Source: a virus (Duplodnaviria; Caudoviricetes). From it: a stretch of DNA of 57,863 nucleotides. The translations under genes and the position numbers were made by a program. Positions 1 to 9,863 of this stretch are shown here, piece by piece. Every line of letters begins with the position of its first letter. The stretch's first letter is position 1. The stretch is taken from positions 1-57,863 of the IMG/VR virus record IMGVR_UViG_3300037191_001144. One strand, 5' to 3'. Under the pieces are notes generated by a model. That model was not told the DNA's origin. It ran no database searches and saw only the letters and a list, made by a program, of their open reading frames with translations.

Positions 1-1434
1 GAAGAAGTTGTTTGCACCTAAAGTACATACACATCTCTCACTCAAGAAATTCACCTCCATAGCATCTAGTCCAGATGTACGAGCCCCGCCAGCAGATCCT
101 GTGATCCAGGTCTTGTAGCGACGATCCTCTGTCTCAGAAGCACGGTAACGAACGTGTAAGAATGGACGCTTTGCGTTCTTTCCTAAAACCTGGTCGTATA
201 CACTAGTAGAACCAGCAGGGACTAAGAGTCCGTTGATTGCTCCAGAAGAGATACCTCCACGCATAGTTGGATCGTTTAAGTATTTCCAGTCTGTCTTGTA
301 GAAGTCGTAACCTCTACGGAAGCCTGTAAAACCTAAGTTTAGAGCCATCTCTTTGTCGTTATCAAATAAACCAAATGAGCTACCGCCTGTCCCGTAGGAG
401 TTTTGTGCAGCTAACATATCGTCTATACCGAAAGACATTTCACGGTTTACAAAAAGAGCGTTCTCTTCGATTGCTCCTTGCTTGTCTAAGCGTTGAATAA
501 CCGTATCGAACTGCTCTAGGTCTACTGGGAACCCACCGCCGAATACATTTCCGCGAGTAGATACTGAGTGGAATACTCCCTCAGAACCAGCTTTTCCAGC
601 TGCTCCTGCGCCACCAGCAAGGTGAACTGCCGCTCCAGAAGCTGCAACCGCAGGCACCGCCTCGATCATTGCAGTCTCCAAGTAGTCGTCAAAACGTAGA
701 CGAGTATCGTGCTCAGACTTTAAGTACCATAGGTACCCTGAAGCCCCGTTCTCGCTAGTTACTTCTACCCATCCAATCTGAGCCATATCCGATCCGCTAA
801 CAGCGTACTTATCCTTAAGGATAATTGGCTTGTTCTCGAAGATGTAGTCATCAGACTCTAGAGAACCTTCCATACCTTCCGATCCTTTCTTGAACTCAGA
901 ACCGTAGATAAAGATAGTACATGCTGTAGCTGGCACTTTTTGTACGTCCTCGTAGTAAGCTACAGCTATAGTTCCTGCAGTGCCCGCTACAATAGGAGTG
1001 CTAACCGCCGTAATGACAGCCTTGTTAGTTAGTCCAGTGCCAGCATTGTCAGTAATCATAACCGTCTGACCTTTTCTTAAAGCCGCAGCCCCACTTCCTC
1101 CTGTAGTAGTAGTTCCTGCTGTAGTAAGCTGGTCATTGATTGTATACGTTGCAGTAGTAGAGGTGTTTTGAGTACCATCATTTGTACAGTCAACATACTT
1201 GATATGTAGTCTTCCTTGCTCTGCCCATTTAATCATGTCAGAGTTTGAAGGCATCTCTGCCCCTACCATTCTAAGGAATGATGATAGTGTTCGGTTTCCA
1301 TAACGCTCGAACTCTTTCTCGTAAGTATCAGGAAGATACTGATTCAAGAAATTGAAGTCGGTTATGTAATTCGTTGATACTGCAACCCGTTCTGCTGAAG
1401 GGATGAGATCAAATCCTGGTGTATTTAAAGCCAT
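1..1434 (-). CDS. Major capsid protein (3' end runs off the window; absent from ORF track)
   Basis: ATG at 1434 reads MALNTPGFDLIPSAERVAVSTNYITDFNFLNQYLPDTYEKEFERYGNRT..., and the same frame reads ...MEVNFLSERCVCTLGANNFF at the window edge. It follows terminase-portal-scaffold order. Confidence 0.85.
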   Translation of the reverse strand, partial: MALNTPGFDLIPSAERVAVSTNYITDFNFLNQYLPDTYEKEFERYGNRTLSSFLRMVGAEMPSNSDMIKWAEQGRLHIKYVDCTNDGTQNTSTTATYTINDQLTTAGTTTTGGSGAAALRKGQTVMITDNAGTGLTNKAVITAVSTPIVAGTAGTIAVAYYEDVQKVPATACTIFIYGSEFKKGSEGMEGSLESDDYIFENKPIILKDKYAVSGSDMAQIGWVEVTSENGASGYLWYLKSEHDTRLRFDDYLETAMIEAVPAVAASGAAVHLAGGAGAAGKAGSEGVFHSVSTRGNVFGGGFPVDLEQFDTVIQRLDKQGAIEENALFVNREMSFGIDDMLAAQNSYGTGGSSFGLFDNDKEMALNLGFTGFRRGYDFYKTDWKYLNDPTMRGGISSGAINGLLVPAGSTSVYDQVLGKNAKRPFLHVRYRASETEDRRYKTWITGSAGGARTSGLDAMEVNFLSERCVCTLGANNFF

Positions 1435-1473
1435 TGTTTCTTTTTACCTCCTACTTTGCTCGGAGGATTTTCT

Positions 1474-2568
1474 TTAATTATTTTTAATACTTCTAATCTT
1501 GAGTCCCTTTCCGCTGCTCGTATCTCCTACCGCTCGGATGGTGTTACCACCCTTGCTAGTCACTTGCGGAGTCTGGCGAATATCCATATTGATGTTCTTT
1601 GATTTTCTAGTAACATCGTCTACAGCATTTACCCTACCCTGCTCATAAAAATACTTGGCAAATTTCTCTGGCTGCATAGCCAACGCTAAAGCGCGATGGT
1701 ATCCCGAAGCATCTGACATCATCCCGTCCTTGTCTGTAAATTTCTTAACGAAATTATTGACATCAGACTGGACATTTTTCAGCTCTTCGCTTGTTCCAGG
1801 TTTGTAAGTAATATCGCGGTCTCCAACATTGAACTCAAAACCTTTGAACTCGTCAGAAAAAACCTCGTTAGTCTTTTGTAAAAACCAATCATACTTCTTT
1901 TGATTTGCCTCTCCTATGGAAGCGGACTCTTTTATATAACCTTTATATGCCTCGAGTGATTCTTGATCTTGCGATGACAACCCACCCCCACTTGACTCAA
2001 GGGGAGTTTTATATTGTTCGCGTTGTTCTTCGAAAAACTTTTTAGCTTTTGTAAGTTCACGTTTTTTTGCTATTTTTATTTTCTTTACTTCTTTCTCATC
2101 ATCAAAGTCTTCGTCAAAGGAAAACTTAGACTCTATTATATCGTCGATATCTTCTGCGTCTAGTCCCTCCTCGGTAGCGGTATAGTACCCCTTAAGCAGC
2201 TCATCACTATCCATAGTGTCAAAGTCCTGCTGAAGCTTCATAAAGTCCTGCATACCCCTCCCTGTGTCCTTCTTATATTTAAAGTACGCGGACACGTCTT
2301 CAGGTAGCTCTTCGTTATTTCCTCTTGCAGCTAATACTTCTTCTACAGAAGAAAAGTCTTTATCATATCTTTCCTTAATATAAGATAGTACCGAAGAGTC
2401 ATCTATCCCTGAACCTTCACTAGGAGTCTCCTCCTGTACATCCGAAGGCGTTTCTTCGCCTTGTGTTTCTGCTTGGAGTTTCTCTTCATGTTTTTCTAGG
2501 AGTGTTTCCTCTACCTGTGCTGCGGACTTCTCTTGCCCATCTTCTAAAGCTCTTACTTTAATTTCCAT
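1474..2568 (-). CDS. Capsid scaffolding protein
   Basis: Very acidic, helical 364-aa protein between portal and capsid. Confidence 0.7.
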   Translation of the reverse strand: MEIKVRALEDGQEKSAAQVEETLLEKHEEKLQAETQGEETPSDVQEETPSEGSGIDDSSVLSYIKERYDKDFSSVEEVLAARGNNEELPEDVSAYFKYKKDTGRGMQDFMKLQQDFDTMDSDELLKGYYTATEEGLDAEDIDDIIESKFSFDEDFDDEKEVKKIKIAKKRELTKAKKFFEEQREQYKTPLESSGGGLSSQDQESLEAYKGYIKESASIGEANQKKYDWFLQKTNEVFSDEFKGFEFNVGDRDITYKPGTSEELKNVQSDVNNFVKKFTDKDGMMSDASGYHRALALAMQPEKFAKYFYEQGRVNAVDDVTRKSKNINMDIRQTPQVTSKGGNTIRAVGDTSSGKGLKIRSIKNN

Positions 2569-2579
2569 ATTATTTAATT

Positions 2580-5021
2580 TTATCGTGGACTAAATTCTGC
2601 GAAGTCAAACCCGTCTAGGCTGTCTTCATTTGATTCGAAATTTATTGGAGGAAGATCGTTTTTCTTTTGCTGGATCATCTTAGACTGTTGCGTATTCATC
2701 TGACTAATACGCCCCGCCTTAGCCTCTTCTCTTTGGGTCTCTCTACTTTTAAGACCCTCTACCTCTGCGCCCTTAAGCTGCATCTGTAGATTAAACTCTA
2801 CCTGCATAAGCTCCTGCTTAAGCATCGCCTCGTTCTTCATCCTCTCTATATCGAAAGAAACCTCTGCCTGTTTGATCTGCATCTTAGACTGGGTCTCTGC
2901 CTGTATCTTCTGCTGTGCGGCTTGAGATGCGGCCTGTTGCGACTGCATATTCACCTGGGCCTGCATCTGCTGCTGTTGAGCTGCGGCCTGCTGCTCCTGA
3001 GCCTGCTTCTGCTTCCTCTTTAATTTTAATAGCTGATTAGCCATCTTAAGGTTCCTGACCTCTCTTATATCTAGAGCGTCCTCTAAGCTAATATCCTGAC
3101 GAGATAATGCCATCTGTATATTCTGCTCTAGAACAGCTTTATCCTCCTCATCGGGGGATATCTCTATAAATATTCCAAAGTCATATATGTACAGGTTCTT
3201 TATCTCTTCTAAAATATTCACACTGTACTTACCTATCTGCATAGCAAACTCATCCTTAAAGTTTGAGTACTCTAAGATGTCCGCGATACGTAATGACAGA
3301 GCCTCAGCTAATGTTCTTGTAAGGAACAGGCTACCGTCTAATATATGTCGTGTAGCAGTGTTCGAGTTTAGTGCCGCTAACTTCTGAACCCCAACCAAGG
3401 AGTTAGCGTCAGGAGTACTACCGTCTCTCGCTTCATTTAAGCCCGTTACAGACCTTATCATGTCTAAGTAATGGTTGTATGTGCTAACGAGCATTTGAAG
3501 CTTACTAGCGCCCGAGCTAGACGTTAACTGCTGAATAGGAACCCGAGCGTTATTGTATTCGCCCTCCTGAGTAAAGCTTCGCCCAACCACACTACCCGTC
3601 TGGAAGTACAAACGTAAAGCGTCAGCAGGGTCGTAAGAGTTGCCCGTCCCTAAATCTACCTCGTTAAGTCCATCCGCGTCAATAAAGACGCCGTCTGGTA
3701 CTACCCGAGAAATAACTTGTTGCATTTTTAAATGCGTGATCTGAATCAAATCAGCAAAAGGAATCATACGTCTAACTAAAGACTCTATATTCCCCTTATA
3801 CATACGAGGAGCTACAGCAACATAGTTAGCCATAGCAAACTGATTGGCAGAGTTAGGTCGCACCATGTTCTCCATCATGTCCCACTTAAGCAAGAAGTTT
3901 GTTCCCATAACCATTACCCCCTCATACCATACATCAATACGTTTCTCCACCCTCTCGAAATCGTTTTCATCCATCATGTCTTGAGGAGGATTAAACTCAT
4001 CATCCTTCTCTACAACCTTATAAGACCCATCGTCCACCTTCTTCTTCTTATACACAAAGCTATTGGTAGTCTTGTAATTAAAATATAAGAGAGTACACGT
4101 ATCCCGAGAGAACATACTGTTCTCATAAAACACCGCGCCATTATAATAGTTGTACCACGCCTGGCTATACTTAGCGATCTCTGACAGATCGTCCTGAGTA
4201 AGGTCAGGGTTTATCTTTAGCACCTCTGTTATTCCTACGTTCTTTATCTCTCCCCAATAAAAACAGTCTTTAAAATGAGGGTCTTCCGTATAGCTGTGTA
4301 TTACATTCGCAGGGTCTACGTAGTCTATCTTAACTCCGTCACCCGCCTGGAAAGTATGCTTGCATATTCCTATGCCTAAAGTAGCTATATCTAAATCACA
4401 CCTTCTACGAGTATCATCATAATGATTCTCTGCAAACATAGTGTTGATCGCCGTCTCCTCCGCTATCTCTATAGACGGCTTGTAATTCATTTGCATATAC
4501 AGCTCTAGCTCCTGATCATTTGCAGGGACACTCTCCTCCGCAATCTGGAAGGTCTGAATATCAAAGTCTTTCTGTATTTGTTTTAATAAGTCTTTTGAGA
4601 CCATAGTCTTCTCGACCATGTTCTGGAATTTATTCCTTTTCTCTGCTGACATACCATCCTCGGCATATGCCTTAACAGTAAACAATCTGTCTGACATACC
4701 GTTCACTACAATGTCCACAAACTTTGGGATAATAGGGACAGGAGTCCAATCTAAGTTTAAATAAGATAGGTCCCCATCAACTGCCAACTCGTTCTTATAC
4801 TTAGCTACAGACTGCTCTCCCCTCGCATATAGACGTAGCCTATTGTAGTCATTCCCCTGATCAAAAAACCTACCATTACCACTGCCCGAAGTCTTTCTAA
4901 ACCATTCGTACTGAATAGCTTGACCCACCTGAAGCCCAAACTCTTGAGTCTTTTTCTGGGCGTCAGGAGCAAACTGATCAGGGAACACAGCAGACTTGAG
5001 GTTTACCTTAACTTCTTTCAT
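2580..5021 (-). CDS. Portal protein
   Basis: 813 aa directly after terminase; Q/A-rich C-terminal coiled coil as in podovirus portal barrels. Confidence 0.8.
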   Translation of the reverse strand: MKEVKVNLKSAVFPDQFAPDAQKKTQEFGLQVGQAIQYEWFRKTSGSGNGRFFDQGNDYNRLRLYARGEQSVAKYKNELAVDGDLSYLNLDWTPVPIIPKFVDIVVNGMSDRLFTVKAYAEDGMSAEKRNKFQNMVEKTMVSKDLLKQIQKDFDIQTFQIAEESVPANDQELELYMQMNYKPSIEIAEETAINTMFAENHYDDTRRRCDLDIATLGIGICKHTFQAGDGVKIDYVDPANVIHSYTEDPHFKDCFYWGEIKNVGITEVLKINPDLTQDDLSEIAKYSQAWYNYYNGAVFYENSMFSRDTCTLLYFNYKTTNSFVYKKKKVDDGSYKVVEKDDEFNPPQDMMDENDFERVEKRIDVWYEGVMVMGTNFLLKWDMMENMVRPNSANQFAMANYVAVAPRMYKGNIESLVRRMIPFADLIQITHLKMQQVISRVVPDGVFIDADGLNEVDLGTGNSYDPADALRLYFQTGSVVGRSFTQEGEYNNARVPIQQLTSSSGASKLQMLVSTYNHYLDMIRSVTGLNEARDGSTPDANSLVGVQKLAALNSNTATRHILDGSLFLTRTLAEALSLRIADILEYSNFKDEFAMQIGKYSVNILEEIKNLYIYDFGIFIEISPDEEDKAVLEQNIQMALSRQDISLEDALDIREVRNLKMANQLLKLKRKQKQAQEQQAAAQQQQMQAQVNMQSQQAASQAAQQKIQAETQSKMQIKQAEVSFDIERMKNEAMLKQELMQVEFNLQMQLKGAEVEGLKSRETQREEAKAGRISQMNTQQSKMIQQKKNDLPPINFESNEDSLDGFDFAEFSPR

Positions 5022-7267
5022 TTAGTAATTAATTCGCTATAACGAGACTTGTTATTATACATTGCAAAGTTAACACTTATTTTTGTTTGCGTTTGAACGG
5101 GTAAATATACGTGCTTTTGGTTTGCCATTATAGCTAATCCCGAACTTATTGAGGCGTCATATTTAGTTCTATTGTTTATCTCAAACTTTGCCCAGTCCTC
5201 TAATGTCCTTATAAACGGCATCGTACCCATATCGTCTTTATCTCGGTAGTCCCCCATAAGATCTAGACCAATGTTTTTTTCTATGTAAGACTCTATCGCC
5301 GAAGCATGAGCCTGCTTAATATCTTCCGAGCTATTAGGTATACCCCCTAACTCTTTCTCTGTCTTAGATAACTTATTGAAGCGCTTATCGGGTCTATTCA
5401 TACAGAACCCTCGGTACCCCCTATTCTTAAAGTGATACAATAAACGTGGCTTATTGTTCTCGCATAGGATAGGCATGCCATAAAATACACAGGCCATAAG
5501 GACCTCCTCAAAAAATATCTCCGCCGTCTGTGGCCTAGCTATATACTCTAAGAAGAAAGCATTTGAAGGAGCGTCATCCATACTAAACTTTGTTAGACCA
5601 TGTAAGGACCCGTTGGACCCCTTACCTACAACCACTCCAGATATGTCATACGAGTCACACCCAAAAGATCCTATATGCTCATTGCCAGGATAGAATTTCC
5701 CGTTCTTATTTATTTTACAGTTTTGCAGTTCTTTTTTTGGTATCCAAGAAATACGGAAGCGACCCCTCTTATCTGGGGACCAAACAACCTTAGTGTCCTT
5801 CTGCCCGTTTAGCCAATGGAAAGATCCCTGAGTAACATGATGCGCCTCTATTAAAGAGTCGTTGTAATCTATTTGCTGATAAATTTTCGTAAGATTAAAC
5901 AAGGCCTGCTTACTCTCGTCCCTAAAAGCATGTGACTCAGTACGCGGAAACTGACGATAGAACTCATTAAGCGCGTCTGGGTCAGAGGACAAAGACTCTA
6001 CCTCATTCTTCCAGTAGTCTATAGCCCCAGTATATATCTTCTCCCCATCAATACCCTCTACTGGAAAGGCTTGAGTATGGAAGACGGGCATCCCGTGCTT
6101 ATCTATATAGCCCTCAAAGTTCCACTCCATCGGGACAAATAAGCTATACAACCCGCTCTTGGTCTGACCGTTTGCATTCCTCTTCCCTGGACTAGAGTCC
6201 TCAAAGAGAGACTTAAAGTTTCTTCCACCTTTATCTAAAGCGTTTGAGGTAGACCCCATCATACACTTCCCAATAATTTTACTTCCTAATCGTAGACAAG
6301 TCTTTGTAACGCGCCAGTTGTTCAATATATTCTCAGGCTTCTCCCACTTACCACTCTCATCATGAAGGAGCAGCTTTAGCTTCTCCCCGTCATAGCTATT
6401 GTCAGAAGTATTCTTCCAGTCTATAGTCGTATCCAACCCTTCTAGCCCTGAGTCTTCAAGGGTGTACATATTCTTTTTTGTTATCTTAGATGCAGGGACC
6501 CTGTACGCCAACTCCGTCTTAGGCTTATCCATACCATCTTGTATAGGCTTAAAGAAGAAGGGATAGTTATTAGAGATAGGCACAACCTTATCCGTAAACA
6601 TCTTCTTTGCGTCACTACCCGTCTTAGATAGTATCCCTACCCTTGCGTCACGGCTGATAGTAGCCTGGTTAACGCCCTCGCAAGAACTCATAAAAGAAAA
6701 CCCTGAACGACGTATCTTAAGATAGCACATACCAAAACTTCTTTTATCAACCTTACACGCTTCCCAAAAAATATAGAAGATTCGGTTAGCCTCCCTAAAG
6801 TCTGGACGACCCACATCAATCTTTGTCCACTGAAGGTACATATAGTGTGTACCAGTTAGGTACACGGGAGTCCCGTTGTTCATAAACCAGTCCCCGTGCT
6901 CTCTCTTATCAAACTCCTCTTCGATATAATCTACCCACTCAGCCTTAAAAGCAGCGGGGGCGTCATGCCATTGGAAAATAGAAGACAGTCGAGACAAGGC
7001 CTTAGGTAGGTCTGTTGCTTCCCAGTACTGATTCTCTCTTTTTTTATCACGAGTCTTTATTTTACTAGGTGCCTTAGGCAGCCCTACAAAAAGACCGTTG
7101 ATGTTATACACCTCCCCTAAGGTGCCATCGCGTGAGATAATAACCAAGTCATACTTCTCGTTATACCCATACGCCCAAGTGTGCGCCCTGTTTTTATTGG
7201 ACACTATATTCTTAGGGACGTAGTCTTCAACTACAGTATATAAACTATTTAGATCTTGACTCTGCAA
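5018..7267 (-). CDS. Terminase large subunit
   Basis: Walker A-like LKIRRSGFS, Walker B LLLHDESGK, coupling motif MGST, nuclease motif FGCDSYD; exact start uncertain. Confidence 0.88.
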   Translation of the reverse strand: MQSQDLNSLYTVVEDYVPKNIVSNKNRAHTWAYGYNEKYDLVIISRDGTLGEVYNINGLFVGLPKAPSKIKTRDKKRENQYWEATDLPKALSRLSSIFQWHDAPAAFKAEWVDYIEEEFDKREHGDWFMNNGTPVYLTGTHYMYLQWTKIDVGRPDFREANRIFYIFWEACKVDKRSFGMCYLKIRRSGFSFMSSCEGVNQATISRDARVGILSKTGSDAKKMFTDKVVPISNNYPFFFKPIQDGMDKPKTELAYRVPASKITKKNMYTLEDSGLEGLDTTIDWKNTSDNSYDGEKLKLLLHDESGKWEKPENILNNWRVTKTCLRLGSKIIGKCMMGSTSNALDKGGRNFKSLFEDSSPGKRNANGQTKSGLYSLFVPMEWNFEGYIDKHGMPVFHTQAFPVEGIDGEKIYTGAIDYWKNEVESLSSDPDALNEFYRQFPRTESHAFRDESKQALFNLTKIYQQIDYNDSLIEAHHVTQGSFHWLNGQKDTKVVWSPDKRGRFRISWIPKKELQNCKINKNGKFYPGNEHIGSFGCDSYDISGVVVGKGSNGSLHGLTKFSMDDAPSNAFFLEYIARPQTAEIFFEEVLMACVFYGMPILCENNKPRLLYHFKNRGYRGFCMNRPDKRFNKLSKTEKELGGIPNSSEDIKQAHASAIESYIEKNIGLDLMGDYRDKDDMGTMPFIRTLEDWAKFEINNRTKYDASISSGLAIMANQKHVYLPVQTQTKISVNFAMYNNKSRYSELITK

Positions 7268-7523
7268 ATCCCTTTGGGGTGTTTGTTTTCTTTTCTAATA
7301 CGTTTCCTTCTAACAGCTCCTTCTCCTCCTCTATTCTTTTTAATATCTCGAAAGCATCAAAGATAGCTAGCTTCTTAGTTGCCGCCGCGTTCTTTAATTT
7401 ATCCGCAGCCAAAGGGTCTTCTGCCTCGAGCTTTATAATTTCTTCTTTAGCAACCTTTACTAATTGCTTTACGGCCTTTTCCCCCGCCTCTATAATACTT
7501 AGCTTAAGCTCCCTGACGTTCAT
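7245..7523 (-). CDS. Putative terminase small subunit
   Basis: Small helical protein overlapping the TerL start; positional inference only. Confidence 0.45.
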   Translation of the reverse strand: MNVRELKLSIIEAGEKAVKQLVKVAKEEIIKLEAEDPLAADKLKNAAATKKLAIFDAFEILKRIEEEKELLEGNVLEKKTNTPKGFAESRSK

Positions 7524-7710
7524 CTTTTTCTTTAGATCTTTCTTCTAGCTTTTCTATTGCCTCGCTATATCCTGGCATAAGTTTTAAAACCTCTAAGCTC
7601 CCTATCGCAAGCTCTCTTGTTTTTTGCTCCTCCAGTATTAACTTCTTTAGGTTATCTGTTACCGCATCATTTTTCATCTTTAGCAGCGCAATATTTTTCT
7701 GTACTCCCAT
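7504..7710 (-). CDS. Hypothetical protein
   Basis: 68-aa ORF with AT-rich leader in late operon. Confidence 0.6.
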   Translation of the reverse strand: MGVQKNIALLKMKNDAVTDNLKKLILEEQKTRELAIGSLEVLKLMPGYSEAIEKLEERSKEKDERQGA

Positions 7711-7733
7711 AATTTAATTTTTAATTTTATATA

Positions 7734-8297
7734 TCATAAGATAAGGGTTATGTTTTTAGTAAACATTCGGTAAAGCTTCTCCCCCTCTACCTCAAAAGGA
7801 TACTCGCTTTCAGGCTGAAAAGAAACTCTATCGCCCTCCTTTACCCCTAAATCTAATAGCTCCTGGTTTATATATCTCACCACGCCCACTAGCGGCTCCT
7901 CCTCTAGAGGCTTTAAAATCACGGACTCTTCTGGGGAAACTGGCTTAATAAAACAGTACTTCCCATGAGAGCGCCACTTGTCTCCTCTTTTATATAAGAA
8001 GAACTGATCGTCATCTATAAAAAACAAGTCATCTTTAAAGAAGCTTTGACCACTCTTCTCTCTCCCCCTCATATCATAATAGAACTTAAAGACATTGTGA
8101 TGCACGAGTAAGGTGTCACCCACCTTAACCGCCCCCGCATACGCAAGAGGCAGGGCGGCGACTATACCAAACCTATTTGACACGGTATGGTCCTCCGTAG
8201 AAGAGCTTGTTATAAAATCCACGTCTCCTATAGTCTTTACGTTGTCGTATCGCCTAGAGTTCTTGGGTCTAACTAAGAAAAAATATGGTGATCTCAT
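7734..8297 (-). CDS. Tandem GroES-like (co-chaperonin fold) protein
   Basis: Two Cpn10-like segments: GIVAALP...VKVGDTLLV and GVVRY...GVKEGDRVSF...FEVEGEKLYRM. Confidence 0.55.
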   Translation of the reverse strand: MRSPYFFLVRPKNSRRYDNVKTIGDVDFITSSSTEDHTVSNRFGIVAALPLAYAGAVKVGDTLLVHHNVFKFYYDMRGREKSGQSFFKDDLFFIDDDQFFLYKRGDKWRSHGKYCFIKPVSPEESVILKPLEEEPLVGVVRYINQELLDLGVKEGDRVSFQPESEYPFEVEGEKLYRMFTKNITLIL

Positions 8298-8521
8298 TAG
8301 AAGTTTATATTATACTCTAAAGATATAGGCATTGAAGACTTAAACTCTTTCCATAACAGGACCTCATCTTCTCTTTCAACCCACACCTTAAATGAATCTG
8401 ACTCTAAATCCTGCTGAATAAGATGTATGTTATAGGACCCGCCTAGCACCTCCTGCCCTATTAAATAGTGCATAGCATTAGACTTGTAATCGCCCCCGAT
8501 AGAGATCTTACGGATAAGCAT
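8297..8521 (-). CDS. Hypothetical protein
   Basis: 74 aa, TAATG-coupled on both sides. Confidence 0.65.
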   Translation of the reverse strand: MLIRKISIGGDYKSNAMHYLIGQEVLGGSYNIHLIQQDLESDSFKVWVEREDEVLLWKEFKSSMPISLEYNINF

Positions 8522-8748
8522 TACTTCTCCTTTACTTCTCCCGTCTGTATATCTATTACGGAATCTTCACCATACTTTTTTATAAAACCCCCCTCTAATC
8601 CAGTAAAGGCGTCTTTGATAGTATCAACCTTTAGACACAAAGCATGCTTCTGTATCTCCAGTTCTCCGATCTTACCTTTTAGTTCGTGAAACTCTGCGTT
8701 TAGTTTCTGAAGAGTCTCTAACTCTTCTTTATTTAATTGCTTAGACAT
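8521..8748 (-). CDS. Hypothetical coiled-coil protein
   Basis: 75 aa; preceded by TATATTTG promoter box. Confidence 0.65.
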   Translation of the reverse strand: MSKQLNKEELETLQKLNAEFHELKGKIGELEIQKHALCLKVDTIKDAFTGLEGGFIKKYGEDSVIDIQTGEVKEK

Positions 8749-8769
8749 AGTAGATAAATTTAATTTCTA

Positions 8770-8777
8770 CAAATATA
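8770..8777 (-). promoter_or_regulatory. Bacteroidota sigma70 -7 element (TATATTTG)
   Basis: Matches TAnnTTTG, intergenic, upstream of head-gene operon. Confidence 0.6.
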
Positions 8778-8783
8778 AACCAT

Positions 8784-9014
8784 TTACTTTACCTCACGTA
8801 CCTCAAACATAGATAAGCACAATGGCAATATACCTAAGGCACATAAAACCACCCCCTCCCATGTGATGTCCCCATCCATTGCAGTTAAGGCATACGTGAC
8901 AATGACGCCCCCTACCGTCCGCTTTACCGACCAACGCCTACCGTCACCAAATTTTTTATCTTTGAACATCGCTGTAAAGTCCAAACTCTGAAGAAGAGAC
9001 ATAACCTTATTCAC
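8784..9014 (-). CDS. Putative holin
   Basis: Small protein with two hydrophobic segments adjacent to the endolysin. Confidence 0.5.
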   Translation of the reverse strand: MNKVMSLLQSLDFTAMFKDKKFGDGRRWSVKRTVGGVIVTYALTAMDGDITWEGVVLCALGILPLCLSMFEVREVK

Positions 9015-9478
9015 AGTACTGGGTTAGGGGCTACGTAAGTATAGGCTGTATCCCCCTCCGAGTCCTTATACGCCTCTAAAACATTTTTTCTATTACCTTC
9101 TTTTTTTAGGGAGATATGTATCCAAGAAAAATCAAACTCATTTATCATCTGATCAAACTCAACCCCCTGTGTCAGCACATAGTCGTACATACGGCTGTTG
9201 TTCATTACCCCTCCTTTATATATCTGTATGTCTGCGGCCTGTCCTTTGCAGTGCTGAGACTTAGTACTTCCGCCTATTGCCCTATTTAACGCAGGAGACC
9301 GATACCCCGAGGTTATACGTATTGGCCCTAAAGCATTACGCATAGGCTGTAAAATTTTAGAGACTAAGTACTGCAAGTTAACTATATCCTTATCGGAAGG
9401 AGTGTTATCTATCCCCTTGCGAGACGCGGTCGCACTCCTCGTGAACTCGCTTAGGGTAAAGTTTTTGCTTAGGCGCAT
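9011..9478 (-). CDS. Endolysin, peptidase M15A family
   Basis: LSKNFTLSEF start, ITSGYRS..LN.AIGG, SQHCKGQAAD, WIHIS Zn-binding motifs. Confidence 0.88.
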   Translation of the reverse strand: MRLSKNFTLSEFTRSATASRKGIDNTPSDKDIVNLQYLVSKILQPMRNALGPIRITSGYRSPALNRAIGGSTKSQHCKGQAADIQIYKGGVMNNSRMYDYVLTQGVEFDQMINEFDFSWIHISLKKEGNRKNVLEAYKDSEGDTAYTYVAPNPVL

Positions 9479-9696
9479 TAATCTTTTATTTTATTAGCTG
9501 CTAAAAGAATTTCTATATGATGCAATCGAGTAGAGATATCGGCTAAGATAACTTTAAGCTCCGCATCCGAATCCTCGAGATGATACATGCGAGCCTTTAT
9601 TTTAGTAACATCATTATTAAGGTTAACCCAAAACCCCAATATCGTAGCTAACAAAACGGCCACCGTTAAAACCAACTCCACTAATCCAATATTCAT
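9478..9696 (-). CDS. Membrane protein (holin/spanin-like candidate)
   Basis: N-terminal TM helix plus coiled coil, coupled to the endolysin. Confidence 0.5.
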   Translation of the reverse strand: MNIGLVELVLTVAVLLATILGFWVNLNNDVTKIKARMYHLEDSDAELKVILADISTRLHHIEILLAANKIKD

Positions 9697-9756
9697 CTTA
9701 CATATATATATTCAAAGTACAACTCTGGGTCTGAACAATTACAATTCCACATAGTA

Positions 9757-9764
9757 CAAAGATA
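9757..9764 (-). promoter_or_regulatory. -7 promoter element (TATCTTTG) for the lysis cassette
   Basis: TAnnTTTG 4 nt upstream of the ATG at 9752. Confidence 0.6.
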
Positions 9765-9863
9765 AGGAAAGGTTATGTAAAAAAAACTTAGACAAATTAT
9801 AAAAAATCTACATGTCTACTAGACTATCTATAAGCATATTGAGATAGAGATATCCATTTTGCG

